Source: Orbicella franksi (taxonomy: Eukaryota). From it: a DNA stretch of 64,000 bases. The notes under the pieces were generated by a model. The model saw only the letters and a program-made list of their open reading frames with translations. It was not told the DNA's origin and ran no database searches. The DNA lies in the NCBI GenBank assembly GCA_964199315.1, contig OZ116706.1:15562001-15626000 (forward strand). The letters run 5' to 3'. Position 1 is the stretch's first letter. Every line of letters starts with the position of its first letter. Shown piece by piece: positions 1 to 10,854 of this stretch. The translations under genes and the position numbers were made by a program.

Positions 1-26
1 TTTCATACCAAAATAAATTAGCTATA

Positions 27-405
27 ACCGCCGACCGGTTAGCTCAGTGGTAGAGCACCGGACTAGCGTGCGGGAGGTCGCAGGTTCAAACCCCGGCCGG
101 ACCAACACTCAGGGTCTTTAAATAATTGAGGAGAAAGTGCTGCCTTTGTAATGACATCTGCAAATGGTTAGACTTTCTAGTCTTCTCGGATAAGGACGAT
201 AAACCGTAGGCCCCGTCTCACAACTCTTCAAAAATTAATTCTGTGGGACGTAAAAGAACCCACACACTAATCGAAAAGAGTAGGGGACGTAGTTCCCGGT
301 GTGGTGGTCTATCTCTCATCTGATGGTTAAATGCTCGGAGATATTAGCTGCATAAACTACTCTGAAATCCGAGGGTAAATAAAGTGATGTATGTATGTAT
401 GTATG
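27..405 (+). mobile_element. tRNA-derived SINE with (TGTA)n tail
   Basis: tRNA-like head with A box (TAGCTCAGTGG) and B box (GGTTCAAACCC), about 300 nt of non-tRNA body, AATAAA at 378 and a (TGTA)5 tail; TAGCTA on both flanks (19-24, 406-411) may be a TSD. Confidence 0.85.
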
Positions 406-549
406 TAGCTAGCATACAATTTTCGTATGACAGAGTAAGAACCAAAACGGGCATCGTATTTGTTTAACATGTTTGAATTGATCTTGCTCTAATGATTTTC
501 CCTCCCCAGTCCACCTGAGAGCACTCTCTTACGCTCGTGGAGCCTTATG

Positions 550-619
550 ATTGGTCAATAAAAGTCGTGCAACACGCTCTCTGGCCAATAAGAGCCAAGG
601 TGCTATCTTCTCGACCAAT
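550..619 (+). promoter_or_regulatory. Triple CCAAT-box module upstream of GPCR1
   Basis: ATTGG 550, CCAAT 585, CCAAT 615; the same module with similar spacing occurs at 7318/7351/7381 and 11039/11072/11102. Confidence 0.55.
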
Positions 620-1082
620 CAAACGCAAGAAGAAAGCAGTCGGACAGTTGGCTTCCAAGAAGTTTCTGCGTGCACCCAGCAGTTACATTTCTTTCCAATT
701 TCGATTCTTGCGATATTTTTCCCTCCACTCTAAATGACAAAATGCCCTAGACTGCATGAAGAAATAAAAACACTTGCAAATATCAGAAACAACAAGAAGG
801 AGGAACTATCTTGGGGAAGTTCTGAATGACAGATGTTTGTAAGTTTACTCGTCGATAAGCAAAACAACTATTACGCAATACCCTCTTGGTTGTTTAATGA
901 AGAACATGAGCATTCATTAACTCTTGACATTGCCAATCATTGCCGTGCAGATGGTCTTATTGCAGGCCTTCTTTATATATTATAGCTTCGTAAAACAATT
1001 TTATATGACAAAAACTCGTTGCCTTAAAGGAAACTTGAGCCACTGTCATGAAGAAATCGTCGTGTGAATGAGAGGCACAGTC

Positions 1083-2018
1083 ATGAAGAAATCGTCGTGT
1101 GAATTAGAACTGCCTAACTATCCCAAAGTCTCCAACGTCCAAGACCTTCATTCGACTTACATCGCTAATTGTGTCTTCAACAGCTTTCTATCCTTTACCG
1201 CCATCATGTTGAACATTGTCACAATTCACGCCATAAGGAAAGCGTCGTCGTTGCCAAAGACTTTAAGAACATTGCTCCTAAGTCTTGCTGTTTCTGATCT
1301 TGGTGTTGGTTTATGTGTTCAGCCATTTTATACTTCACTTCTGGTAAAGTGGTTACAGCACAACATTCCCAGCTGTATAACCTACAAGGCTCATTCCCTC
1401 ATTGCGACTTTGTTATCAGCGGCTTCTTTCTTTGGTGTTATCGCCGTAGGCGTAGACAGGTTCTTGGCGACCCATCTTCATCTCAGATATCAGGAACTTG
1501 TAACTCACAAGCGTGTTCTTGCTGTGACGATCTTCATATGGGGTCTTAGTGCATTCGTTTCTCTGGCATCGTTGTGGGTTTCGTTTGCTACTCGCGCTCT
1601 ATTCCTTGGCATTACAGCTATTGTTGGTTTCCTTCTCACAATAGTGGTTTATATCAGGATTTATGTCGCCGTACGACGCCACAAGAATCATATGCAGGCC
1701 CTTCAAGTAAGACAAGTAACACAGGCGGACGAAATGGCCAATTTTGCTGGCATCATTAAAACTGCAGTCGGTGTATTCTATGTATATCTCGTGTTTTTGT
1801 TCTGTTATCTGCCATACTTTATCAGTTTGGCCGCCATTAAAATCGTCGGCCCAAGTTACCCGTTGAGGAGATTACTTTTTTTCTCCTTCACACTCGTGCT
1901 TCTTAATTCATCTCTAAACCCTGTAATTTACTGCTGGAAGATGAAACATATTCGACACACTATCATGGAAATACTGAGGAACATAATCAATTCGCTCAGA
2001 AATCGTTTATCGCAGTAA
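1083..2018 (+). CDS. Intronless class A (rhodopsin-like) GPCR, paralog 1
   Basis: 7 hydrophobic segments; N1.50 (MLNIVT), LAVSD, DRF, CYLP, NPVIY. ATG 1083 aligns with the paralog starts; an in-frame ATG at 1068 comes from a 35-bp duplication. No TM3 Asp, very short Cys-free ECL2. Confidence 0.95.
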   Translation: MKKSSCELELPNYPKVSNVQDLHSTYIANCVFNSFLSFTAIMLNIVTIHAIRKASSLPKTLRTLLLSLAVSDLGVGLCVQPFYTSLLVKWLQHNIPSCITYKAHSLIATLLSAASFFGVIAVGVDRFLATHLHLRYQELVTHKRVLAVTIFIWGLSAFVSLASLWVSFATRALFLGITAIVGFLLTIVVYIRIYVAVRRHKNHMQALQVRQVTQADEMANFAGIIKTAVGVFYVYLVFLFCYLPYFISLAAIKIVGPSYPLRRLLFFSFTLVLLNSSLNPVIYCWKMKHIRHTIMEILRNIINSLRNRLSQ

Positions 2019-2513
2019 TCGTAGAGTCAGCCATGCTGTAAATAAACATGTTCTGTATATATGAACAAAGACTGCGAACTCGGGTAAACAAGAACGTCTT
2101 CAAACTGATTAGTGCAAGACCATTTATTTTTACCTGATACACTGACTTTTTTGTTTTGTGATTCTTAAAACGTGAAATAAAAAATCATTTAAAATAAATT
2201 AATTACATATATTTAAATGAAAGAGAGTATGTAGCAAAGTTTTGTTCGCTGTTGCAAATAAAAACCAGTTTTATTCGCAGTGTTATTAGCTTTTCAATGA
2301 TGAAGACACTGGAATTGAAAGCGAGGAACGTGCACGCGTTAGATCTGTTGTTCACTGTTTTAGCTATGACATACTGTATTCGGACAGATGTTTTTTTCTG
2401 AAGGGCTTTACGCGGAGTAAAATACAGTTATTTTTACTCCGACGTATAACATCTAGCACACAAGTTTTATTCGACCACACAAGACCCAAAAGGGGACATC
2501 GTATTTTTTAACA

Positions 2514-2821
2514 TCCCCATAGCCCTTTTCGCTTCTCTTAGCCGGCGCGGCCTTGGCACGAGAAACGAACTGGGCTCTGGAGACAGAGGATTTCCCAGTC
2601 CTAGATTCTAGGACTTCCAGTCTTTATGTATGCAGTCGCGATGTTTCTATAACCTGTATGGGATTGACAGTGGCGGCCGTCGAGGCAGGATTCGAGGAAT
2701 CATTGTCTCAGACCTTAAACGGTATCAATTTGGAGAATGTTTCCGTCAGTGTAGAACAAAAAGAGGCGACAAGGGACATTGTTATTTCAAGAAACACACA
2801 CCGACTGGCGTTGGCAAGTCC
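2514..2821 (+). mobile_element. Truncated copy of the AcademH-type element at 6358-7202, with RecQ-like helicase 5' remnant
   Basis: Left TIR remnant then a degenerate ORF (..EQKEATRDIVISRN / frameshift / TPTGVGKS Walker A); sequence jumps at AAGTC to the homolog of 7432. Confidence 0.7.
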
Positions 2822-3074
2822 TACGCGGACAGCCAGCTGCAACATATTTTCATTTCTGTTCTATTTGTTTATAATTTTTTCAAAAACTCATTAATACTTC
2901 ATAAAGGAAGTACAAAAGAAATGAATGTTTAATGAGTGTCTTTAAATGTGAAAATGACACGGCTAAATTTTGCAGCCGATTTTCTCCATAAAAATAATAA
3001 TACACGCAAGGATTATTCTACAAACTAGTAGTAAGTGCCTTCGAGTTTTGGCGGGCTTGCTATGTTAAAAAAAC

Positions 3075-3300
3075 AAAAATTCTTGGGACAGCATTTTGTG
3101 CCTGAGCTGCTAAGTAGGCGTGAAATTGGTCTCCCTTCAGCAAGGGCGAAAACAAATAAATTGATCGCAAAGCAGGCTTGGTATGATAAAAAAAAAAAAA
3201 AAAAAAAATTCTAGGGAAAGCATTTTGTGCCTGAGCTGTTAGGTAGGCGTGAAATTGATCTTCCTACAGCAGGGGCAAAAACAAATGATTTGATCGCAAA
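3075..3300. repeat. Two-copy direct repeat of about 100-125 bp separated by poly-A
   Basis: aaaattct(t/a)ggga(c/a)agcattttgtgcctgagctg...tgatcgcaaa at about 3075-3170 and 3204-3300. Confidence 0.85.
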
Positions 3301-3362
3301 ACACGTGCATACGAGTAGGTTTACTCTCGTTTTTACATGTATTGTGTAATATTAGTTACGAC

Positions 3363-3515
3363 CGGTCAGTAAAAAACATGCCCGCGCGCGTTTTATGCCC
3401 AGTCCGTAATGCTTAGTCCGCGATTTATACATAAGTCTGTGTTTCATACCCAGTCCGTAGTCCGTAGTTCGCAGTCCGCAGTCCGCAGTCCGCAGTCCAT
3501 GTTTTAGAGTGACCG
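3363..3515. mobile_element. MITE with (AGTCCGC)n interior
   Basis: TIRs cggtcagtaaaaaacatg / catgttttagagtgaccg enclosing heptamer repeats. Confidence 0.7.
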
Positions 3516-4097
3516 TGTAAATCGACACCAACCATGTTTGTTCCGTCGGTATGCGAGACAATGTGCTTTTAGTACCAAAACTAGGACAATTATTTTGTTT
3601 ACGAACGCGACTTTGAATCGCCTTGGCTTTGGGGTAACAGCTACAGGGCATTTTAACTTCCGAAACAATGGAACGGAGGACATGTTCGTGTATCAAAGTA
3701 ACCCTGTGGGAGTTGAACTCATTTCATATGTAAACACTTTCGTTGGGTTTACGTTACATAATAGTTCGCGCACAGAAACCTGGGCCAGAGAAATGAAACT
3801 CATTTCCTCTTTTAATTTATTGAGCAAAAAGCAGCATTGGTTTCGGTTGAAGAGAAGAGGGTACACAACACGCAGCCAAACTACAGTCGTCCACATTTCG
3901 TTAAGACATGTCAGCAAGGTTTTTAAATGCCATTAACATTGACTTCGAACTTTAAATAAACAACTTCAGTATCCGCTACAGTCCACAATACTGTGCTTCC
4001 TCCACACTCGAAAGAAAGCACATGGACGAACATAGACATGACGTCATTCGCCCCTGAAGAATTTTTTTTTGGGGGGGGGACCAAATTGGTGTCCCCC

Positions 4098-4144
<47 letters not shown>

Positions 4145-4248
4145 CGATCGATCGATCGATCGATCGATCGATCGATCGATCGATCGATCGACCGACCGAC
4201 CGACCGACCGACAGACAGACAGACAGAGACAGACAGACAGACAGACAG
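4098..4248. repeat. Compound microsatellite (GATA)11(GATC)12(GACC)5(GACA)9
   Basis: Read directly; one GA interruption in the GACA block. Confidence 0.98.
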
Positions 4249-4917
4249 CTGTTCAAAGAACTCCGCTGGCAACCAGCAGTTACATATTATCTGCGACGGA
4301 TCTAGAGGGGTTTCGGAGGGTTGGCGTTTGATCGAACTACTAAAATTAAAAAAAAAAATGAGACATTGTTAGACGCTGACTTGGCATCAGAATGCCCGAA
4401 ATCCCATTCCCGAGGATCTCTATTGTAAAAAATTTTTCGGGGAAGGATGCCCCCGGACTCCCATATAGGGGACCGTCTTCGGAGGTCCGTGTCTTGAACC
4501 CCCTTCTCTAAAATCCTGTATCCGCCCCAGATTTTTATTCCAGTTCTGATTCGTTTATTACTTTATCACCGCTCTAAATACCAAAATGCTCTAGACTACA
4601 TCGTGGAAAAGACAAACGTCCTTGCAAATATTAGAAACAACTATCTTGGGGAAGTTCTGCATGACAGATGTTTGTAAGTTTACTCGTCGATAAACAAATA
4701 AAACCATTGTTTCATAATCTCTGGTTGTTTAATGAAGAACACGAGCATTGATTAACTCTTCACATTGCCAATCACTTACATGCAGATGGTCTTATTGCAG
4801 GACTTTTTTATATATTCTAGCCTTGTAAAACAATTCTATATGACAAAAACTTGTTGCCTTAAACGAAACTTGAGGCACTGTCATGAAGAAATCGTCGTGT
4901 GAATTAGAGGCACAGTC

Positions 4918-5853
4918 ATGAAGAAATCATCGTGTGAATTAGAACTGCCTAGCTATCCCAACGTCTCCAACGTCCAAGACCTTCATTCGACTTACATCGC
5001 TAATTGTGTCTTCAACAGCTTTCTATCTTTTACCGCCATCATGTTGAACATTGTCACAATTCACGCCATACGAAAAACGTCGTCTTTGCCAAAGACGTTA
5101 AGAATATTGCTCCTAAGTCTTGCTGTTTCTGATCTTGGTGTTGGTTTATTTGTTCAACCATTTTATACTTCACTTCTGGTAAAGTGGTTACAGCAAAACA
5201 TTCCCAACTGTATAACCTACAAGGTTTTTTTCTTCATTGGGCTTTTGTTTACAGTGGCTTCATTCTTTGGTGTTGTCGCTGTAGGCATAGACAGGTTCTT
5301 AGCGATTCATCTTCATCTCAGATACCTGGAACTTGTAACTCACAAGCGAGTTCTTGCTGTGACGATCTCAACATGGGTTCTTGGTGCATTAACTTCTCTG
5401 GCATCGTTGTGGGTATCGCCTACTACTCGGACTCTATTCGAAGGCATTATAATAATTGTTGGTCTCCTTCTTACAACAGTGGTTTATATCAGGATTTATT
5501 TAGCTGTACGACGCCACAAGAATCAGATCCAGGCTCTTCAAGCACAACAAGCAGACCAGACAGATGAAATGGCAAATTTTGCTAGCATTGTCAAAACTAC
5601 AGTCGGTGTATTCTATATATATCTCGTGCTTTTGTTTTGTTTTCTGCCATATTTTATCAGTTTGGCCGCCATGGCAATCGTCGGCCCAAGTGACCCGTTG
5701 AAGAGATTATTTTTTTTCTCCTTCACACTCGCGTTTCTTAATTCATCTCTGAACCCTGTAATTTACTGCTGGAAGATGAAACATATTCGACACACTATCA
5801 TGGAAATACTGAGGAACATAATCAATTCGCTCAGAAATCGTTCATCGCAGTAA
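4918..5853 (+). CDS. Intronless class A GPCR, paralog 2
   Basis: 311 aa; LAVSD, DRF, CFLP, NPVIY; close paralog of 1083-2018. Confidence 0.95.
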   Translation: MKKSSCELELPSYPNVSNVQDLHSTYIANCVFNSFLSFTAIMLNIVTIHAIRKTSSLPKTLRILLLSLAVSDLGVGLFVQPFYTSLLVKWLQQNIPNCITYKVFFFIGLLFTVASFFGVVAVGIDRFLAIHLHLRYLELVTHKRVLAVTISTWVLGALTSLASLWVSPTTRTLFEGIIIIVGLLLTTVVYIRIYLAVRRHKNQIQALQAQQADQTDEMANFASIVKTTVGVFYIYLVLLFCFLPYFISLAAMAIVGPSDPLKRLFFFSFTLAFLNSSLNPVIYCWKMKHIRHTIMEILRNIINSLRNRSSQ

Positions 5854-6357
5854 TCGTAGAGTCAGCCATGCTGTAAATAAACATGTTCTGAAAACATGAA
5901 CAAAGACTGCGAACTCGGGTAAACAAGAACGTTTTCAAACTGATTAGTGCAAGACCATTTATTGTTGCCTGATACACTGACTTTTTTGTTTTGTGATTCT
6001 TAAAACGTGAAATAAAAAATCATTTAAAATAAATTAATTGCATATATTTAAATGAAACAGAGTATGTAACAAAGTTTTGTTCGCTGTTGTAAATAAAAAC
6101 CAGTTTTATTCGCAGTGTTATTGGCTTTGCAATGACGAAGACACTGGAATTGAAAGGGAGAAACGTGCACGCGCCAGATTTGCTGTTAACTGTTTTAGCT
6201 ATGGCATAGTTTATTCGAACAGGTGTTTTTTTCTGAAGGGCTTTACGCGGAGTAAAATACAGTTATTTTACTCCGACGTATAAAATCCAGCACGCAATTT
6301 TTGTATGACCAAGCAAGACCCACAAGGCGACATGGTATTTTTTAACATGTTTAAATG

Positions 6358-7202
6358 CATTCTCGTCCCCATAGCCCTTTTCGCTTCTCTTAGCGCGCGC
6401 GGCCTTGGCACGTGAAACAAAGGGTTCTGGAGACAGAGGATTTCCCAGTCCTAGATTCTAGGACTTCCGGTCTTCATGTATGCAGTCGTAATGTTTTTAT
6501 AACTTGCATGGGATTGTCAATGGCGGCCGTCGAGGTAGGATTCGAGGAATCATTGTCTCAGGTCGTAAGTGGTATCAATTTGGAGAATGTTTCCTTCAGT
6601 GTAGAACAGAAAGAGGTGATAAGGAATACTATTATTTCAAGAAATACACACCGACACGCGTTGGCAACTCATTGATTCAGTTTTCAGTTATTGCCCATTG
6701 TTTTTGAGTCCAGGCATGGAGCAACTGAATAGTTCAATTTGGTTGTTTCGCTTTTAAATGCCTTGATGCGAGATCAGTCCGTGAAGCTAAACCGGTTTAG
6801 GTCAGCTAAAGGTCCTCCACTTTTAAACACAGCTGGTCACAGCTGTTTCATATTTTTGCGCCAGCAATACGCACTTCCTTACCAACATTTTGACTTCCGT
6901 TCAAGAGATCTTTGTTTTCAAACACCCAATCAAATACATTCCAATAGCCCTTTTCACGGTTAATTTTTCTCATTTGCATTACAATGTAATCCAACGTGGA
7001 TGCGAGACAATTTCGAGCTAAAACTACAAACTAGCCCGAAATTGCCTCACATACATGCTAGATTTTATTGTAATGCAAATAAGCAAAAGTAACCGTGAAA
7101 AGGGCTATTAATCGGCAAATCCTATGTCCCCAGAGCCCTCCGTCTCTCGTGCCAAGGCCACGCCGGCTAAGAGAAGCGAAAAGGGCTATGGGGACGAGAA
7201 TG
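6358..7202 (+). mobile_element. Non-autonomous AcademH-type DNA transposon with RecQ-like helicase 5' remnant
   Basis: About 85-bp TIRs (first 37 bp identical, cattctcgtccccatagccc...), CA..TG termini, 9-bp TSD GTTTAAATG/CTTTAAATG; internal degenerate ORF from ATG 6520 (MAAVEVG..EQKEVIRN../TPTRVGNS). Confidence 0.75.
6943..7109. mobile_element. Fully palindromic MITE nested in the AcademH-type element
   Basis: TIRs aatagcccttttcacggtta / taaccgtgaaaagggctatt, with internal inverted symmetry continuing to the centre. Confidence 0.85.
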
Positions 7203-7317
7203 CTTTAAATGTATATTCACCTTGCTCTAATGTTTTTCCCTCGGTCCTTCTGCGTCCATAGTCCTTGCCCTCCTCAGCCCATCTGAGAGCACTTTGTTCT
7301 GCTCACCAAGCCCCCTG

Positions 7318-7385
7318 ATTGGTCAATAAAACACATGCCACACGCTCTGGCCAATCAAAGCCAAGGTGTTATCTTCTCGACCAAT
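7318..7385 (+). promoter_or_regulatory. Triple CCAAT-box module upstream of GPCR3
   Basis: ATTGG 7318, CCAAT 7351, CCAAT 7381; homologous to 550-619. Confidence 0.55.
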
Positions 7386-8303
7386 CAAGCGCAAAAGGAA
7401 GGCAGTCAGACAGCTGGCTTCAACGAAGTCTTACGCGGACAGCCAGCAGCAACATATTTTTATTCCTGTTCTATTTGTTTATTACTTTTTGAAAAAAATC
7501 AGCACTAATTCATAAAGGAAATACAAAAGAAATGAATAATCAATGAGTGTCTTTAAATTTGATAACGACACGGCTACATTTTGCAGTCGATTTTCTCCAG
7601 AAAAATAATAAACCCAAGGATTATTCTACAAATGAGTACATCTACCACAAACATTTTTGAAGCTGTTAAAAAAACTCCGCGGGCAGCCAGCAGCTATATA
7701 GTATCTGCGGCGGATATAGAGGTGGGTTTCGGAGGGTTGGCGTTTGATCGAACTACTAAAATTAAAAAAAAGAAATGAGACATTGTTAGACGTTAACTTG
7801 GTCTCAGAATGCCCGAAATCCCATTTCCGAGGATCTCTATTGTAAAAAATTTTTCGGGGAAGGATGCCCCCGGACTCCCCTACAGGGGACCGCCTTGGGA
7901 GGTCCGTGTCTTGAACCTCCTTCTCTAAAATCCTGTATCCGCCCCAGAGTTTTATCCCTGTTCTGTTTTGTTGATTACTTTATCACCGCTCTAAATACCA
8001 AAATGCTCTAGACTACATCGTGGAAAAGACAAACTTCCTTGCAAATGTTAGAAACAACTATCTTGGGGAAGTTCTGAATGATAGATTTTTGTCAGTTTAC
8101 TCGTCGCTAAACAAATAAAACCATTGTTTAATAACCTCTTGGTTGTTTAATGAAGAACATGAGCATTCATTAACTCTTGACATTGCCAATCACTGACGTG
8201 CAGATGGTCTTATAATTGCAGGCCTTCTTTATATATTCTAGCTTCGTAAAACAATTTTATATGACAAAAACTCGTTGCCTTAAAGGAAACTTGAGCCACT
8301 GTC

Positions 8304-9239
8304 ATGAAGAAATCGTCGTGTGAATTAGAACTGCCTAACTACCCCAAAGCCTCCAACGTCCAAGACCTTCATTCGACTTACATCGCTAACTGTGTCTTCA
8401 ACAGCTTTCTATCCTTTACCGCCATTATGTTGAACATTGTCACAATTCACGCCATACGAAAAACGTCCTCGTTGCCAAAGACTTTAAGAACAATGCTCCT
8501 GAGTCTTGCTGTTTCTGATCTTGGTGTTGGTTTATGTGTTCAGCCATTTTATACTTCACTTCTAATAAAGTGGTTACAGCACAACATTCCCAGCTGTATA
8601 ACCTACAAGGTTTTTGCCCTCTTTGCGACTTTGTTATCAGCGGCTTCATTCTTTGGTGTTGTCGCTGTAGGCGTAGACAGGTTCTTGGCGATCCATCTTC
8701 ATCTCAGATATCAGGAACTTGTAACTCACAAGCGTGTTCTTGCTGTGACGATCTTCACATGGGGTCTTAGTGCATTCGTTTCTCTAACATCGTTGTGGGT
8801 TTCGCTTGCTACTCGCGCTCTATTCCTTGGCATTACAGCTACTGTTGGTTTCCTTCTCACAATGGTGGTTTATATCAGGATTTATGTCGCCGTACGACGC
8901 CACAAGAATCACATGCAGGTCCTTCAAGTAAGACAAGTAACACAGACGGACGAAATGGCCAATTTTGCTGGCATCATTAAAACTGCAGTCGGTGTATTCT
9001 ATGTATATCTCGTGTTTTTGTTTTGTTATCTGCCATACTTTATCAGTTTGGCCGCCATGACAATCGTCGGCCCAAGTGACCCATTGAAGAGATTATTTTT
9101 TTTCTCCTTCACACTCATGTTTCTTAATTCATCTCTAAACCCTGTAATTTACTGCTGGAAGATGACCCATATTGGACACACTATCATGGAAATACTGCGG
9201 AACATAATCACTTGGCTCAGAAATCGTTTATCGCAGTAA
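8304..9239 (+). CDS. Intronless class A GPCR, paralog 3
   Basis: 311 aa; LAVSD, DRF, CYLP, NPVIY. Confidence 0.95.
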   Translation: MKKSSCELELPNYPKASNVQDLHSTYIANCVFNSFLSFTAIMLNIVTIHAIRKTSSLPKTLRTMLLSLAVSDLGVGLCVQPFYTSLLIKWLQHNIPSCITYKVFALFATLLSAASFFGVVAVGVDRFLAIHLHLRYQELVTHKRVLAVTIFTWGLSAFVSLTSLWVSLATRALFLGITATVGFLLTMVVYIRIYVAVRRHKNHMQVLQVRQVTQTDEMANFAGIIKTAVGVFYVYLVFLFCYLPYFISLAAMTIVGPSDPLKRLFFFSFTLMFLNSSLNPVIYCWKMTHIGHTIMEILRNIITWLRNRLSQ

Positions 9240-9799
9240 TCGTAGAGTCAGCCATGCGACGATAAACATGTTCTGTATACATGAACAAGGGTCGCGAACT
9301 CGAACAAACAAGAACATTTTAAACCTTAATAATGTAAGACTACAGAATTGATACTGTTGTTTGCTTATTAATGCTGTGCTGACACACTGAGTTCAGTGGC
9401 CGTTTGGTCACTCTTCACAAGAAAGAAAGAAAAAAGACGTTTAAATATATATTAATTACACATGTAAAAGAGATTTTGTAGCAAAGTTTTGTTCGATGTT
9501 GTAAATAAAAAACAGTTTTATTCGTAGTGTTATTGGCTTTTTAATAATAAAGACTTGTTCACTATGCAACGACAGCGCCAAGCGGGTTCGTAATGGAAGA
9601 TTCGGACAGTTTTTCCAAGGCTTTGCGCAGGTGTAAAATACAGTTATAACTTATAGAACACCACAGAACACAATTTTTGTATGGCTGAGTAAGAATCAAA
9701 TCGACACTGGATTTGAAAACGTGTCGTAAGTACTTTTGTAGAACTTGCAGTACATTTGAAAACGTTTAGTTAGTACTTTGGTTAGTACTTTTGTCCTGT

Positions 9800-10330
9800 T
9801 TTATATAAAAGGGTCTTGATAGCACAAGTGTTGTAAATATTTTTAAAAACACAACAACGCTTTTCAGTTTTCGGAACATGTTTCGATGTTTCAAACATCA
9901 TCATCAGCCATAATGAGTATATAAGGTTTACAGAAAGATCGTTATTATATATGTAGTTAGTAACAGCCTATACAATGACCCTTTATAAAGTTAAATTAAC
10001 GTAAAATGCAAACTTATTTAAACTAACCAATAAAAATTTGAAAAGAACAATAGTTAAAAACCACTAAGCTGAAATAGATACATTTAAATGTGTAACGATA
10101 AATTGACATGCTCAACTTGTTTGTTGAGTTCTGGATTTAACCGTTCAATATGAAAACTCTCCTTGATTTTAAGTTGTGAGAAAGTCTTAGCAAAATCAAT
10201 AATTTTAAAACTGGAGGCATCACAATTGTCTCTCGACAATGCTTAGAACAATTGAGATGTTTAAAAACATGGGAATTTTTGTCCCGCAAAAGATGTTCAT
10301 TAACCCGTTTTATATAAATTAACGGGTTAT
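9800..10330 (-). mobile_element. 3' fragment of a Penelope-like retroelement (GIY-YIG C-terminus plus pLTR)
   Basis: With one frameshift the minus strand reads KRVNEHLLRDKNSHVFKHL..FKIIDFAKTFSQLKIKESFHIERLNPELNKQVEH (stop near 10084), followed by an AT-rich tail containing a hammerhead core. Confidence 0.8.
9872..9910 (-). ncRNA. Minimal type I hammerhead ribozyme
   Basis: Minus strand: TGG-CTGATGA-T-GATGTT tga AACATC-GAAA-CATG-TT-CCG; intact CUGAUGA/GAAA core, 6-bp helix II, palindromic ACATGT helix III, 3-bp helix I. Confidence 0.7.
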
Positions 10331-10517
10331 CGCAGAATTTAAGGGGAATGAAGGATGAAGCAGTTTCACAGCTGTGAATTGTGCTGCCCAAATATGGCAC
10401 CTGCATATCACGTGCTACAGTCGAAAAAACCTGAAAACCCTGAAAAACCTGCTTTTGTTGCTGAGAAGCTCTCATGGAGCCTTTTTAATCATTTTCTAGT
10501 TTTTACAAGAAGAGTGG

Positions 10518-10854
10518 GGTTGTTTGCCATTGATACTACGGTTCGTCAACGGTTGTGCAAATGGTAAGCAAAAGTGCCTGATGGTATAAGTTCCGTTCGG
10601 ATTGTCCATTTACCATTTACGGTACTCAAAAAGAAACCCAATTTACCGAGAGTGCCCAGGACGAATTCGACCTGATCATAATTCCAAGATGGCGGTGATG
10701 AATTCCACTCGGATATTTTGGTTGGAAATTTTTGGACCACCTTTCAAGCCGTTCCGTTTATTTCGAAAATTTTCCCGTCGGCCGAGCCAAAATTGTCTTA
10801 TAATTTACATTCTGACCGATATTTCCGGAATTTTCGGGTAAATGTTAAACAACC
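10518..10854. mobile_element. MITE of the ggttgtttacc..aaacaacc family
   Basis: TIRs at both ends; an inverted homolog lies at 13709-14520. Confidence 0.8.

Noticed and set aside
30-102. tRNA gene
   Set aside because: Has A and B boxes but a poor acceptor stem and runs into a 300-nt body with a simple-repeat tail; it is a SINE head.
3976-4272. ORFs with IDRS/IYLS repeats
   Set aside because: Translation of the compound microsatellite.
1313-8980. Short alternative-frame ORFs inside the GPCR genes
   Set aside because: Shadows of the main frames, repeated only because the genes are paralogs.
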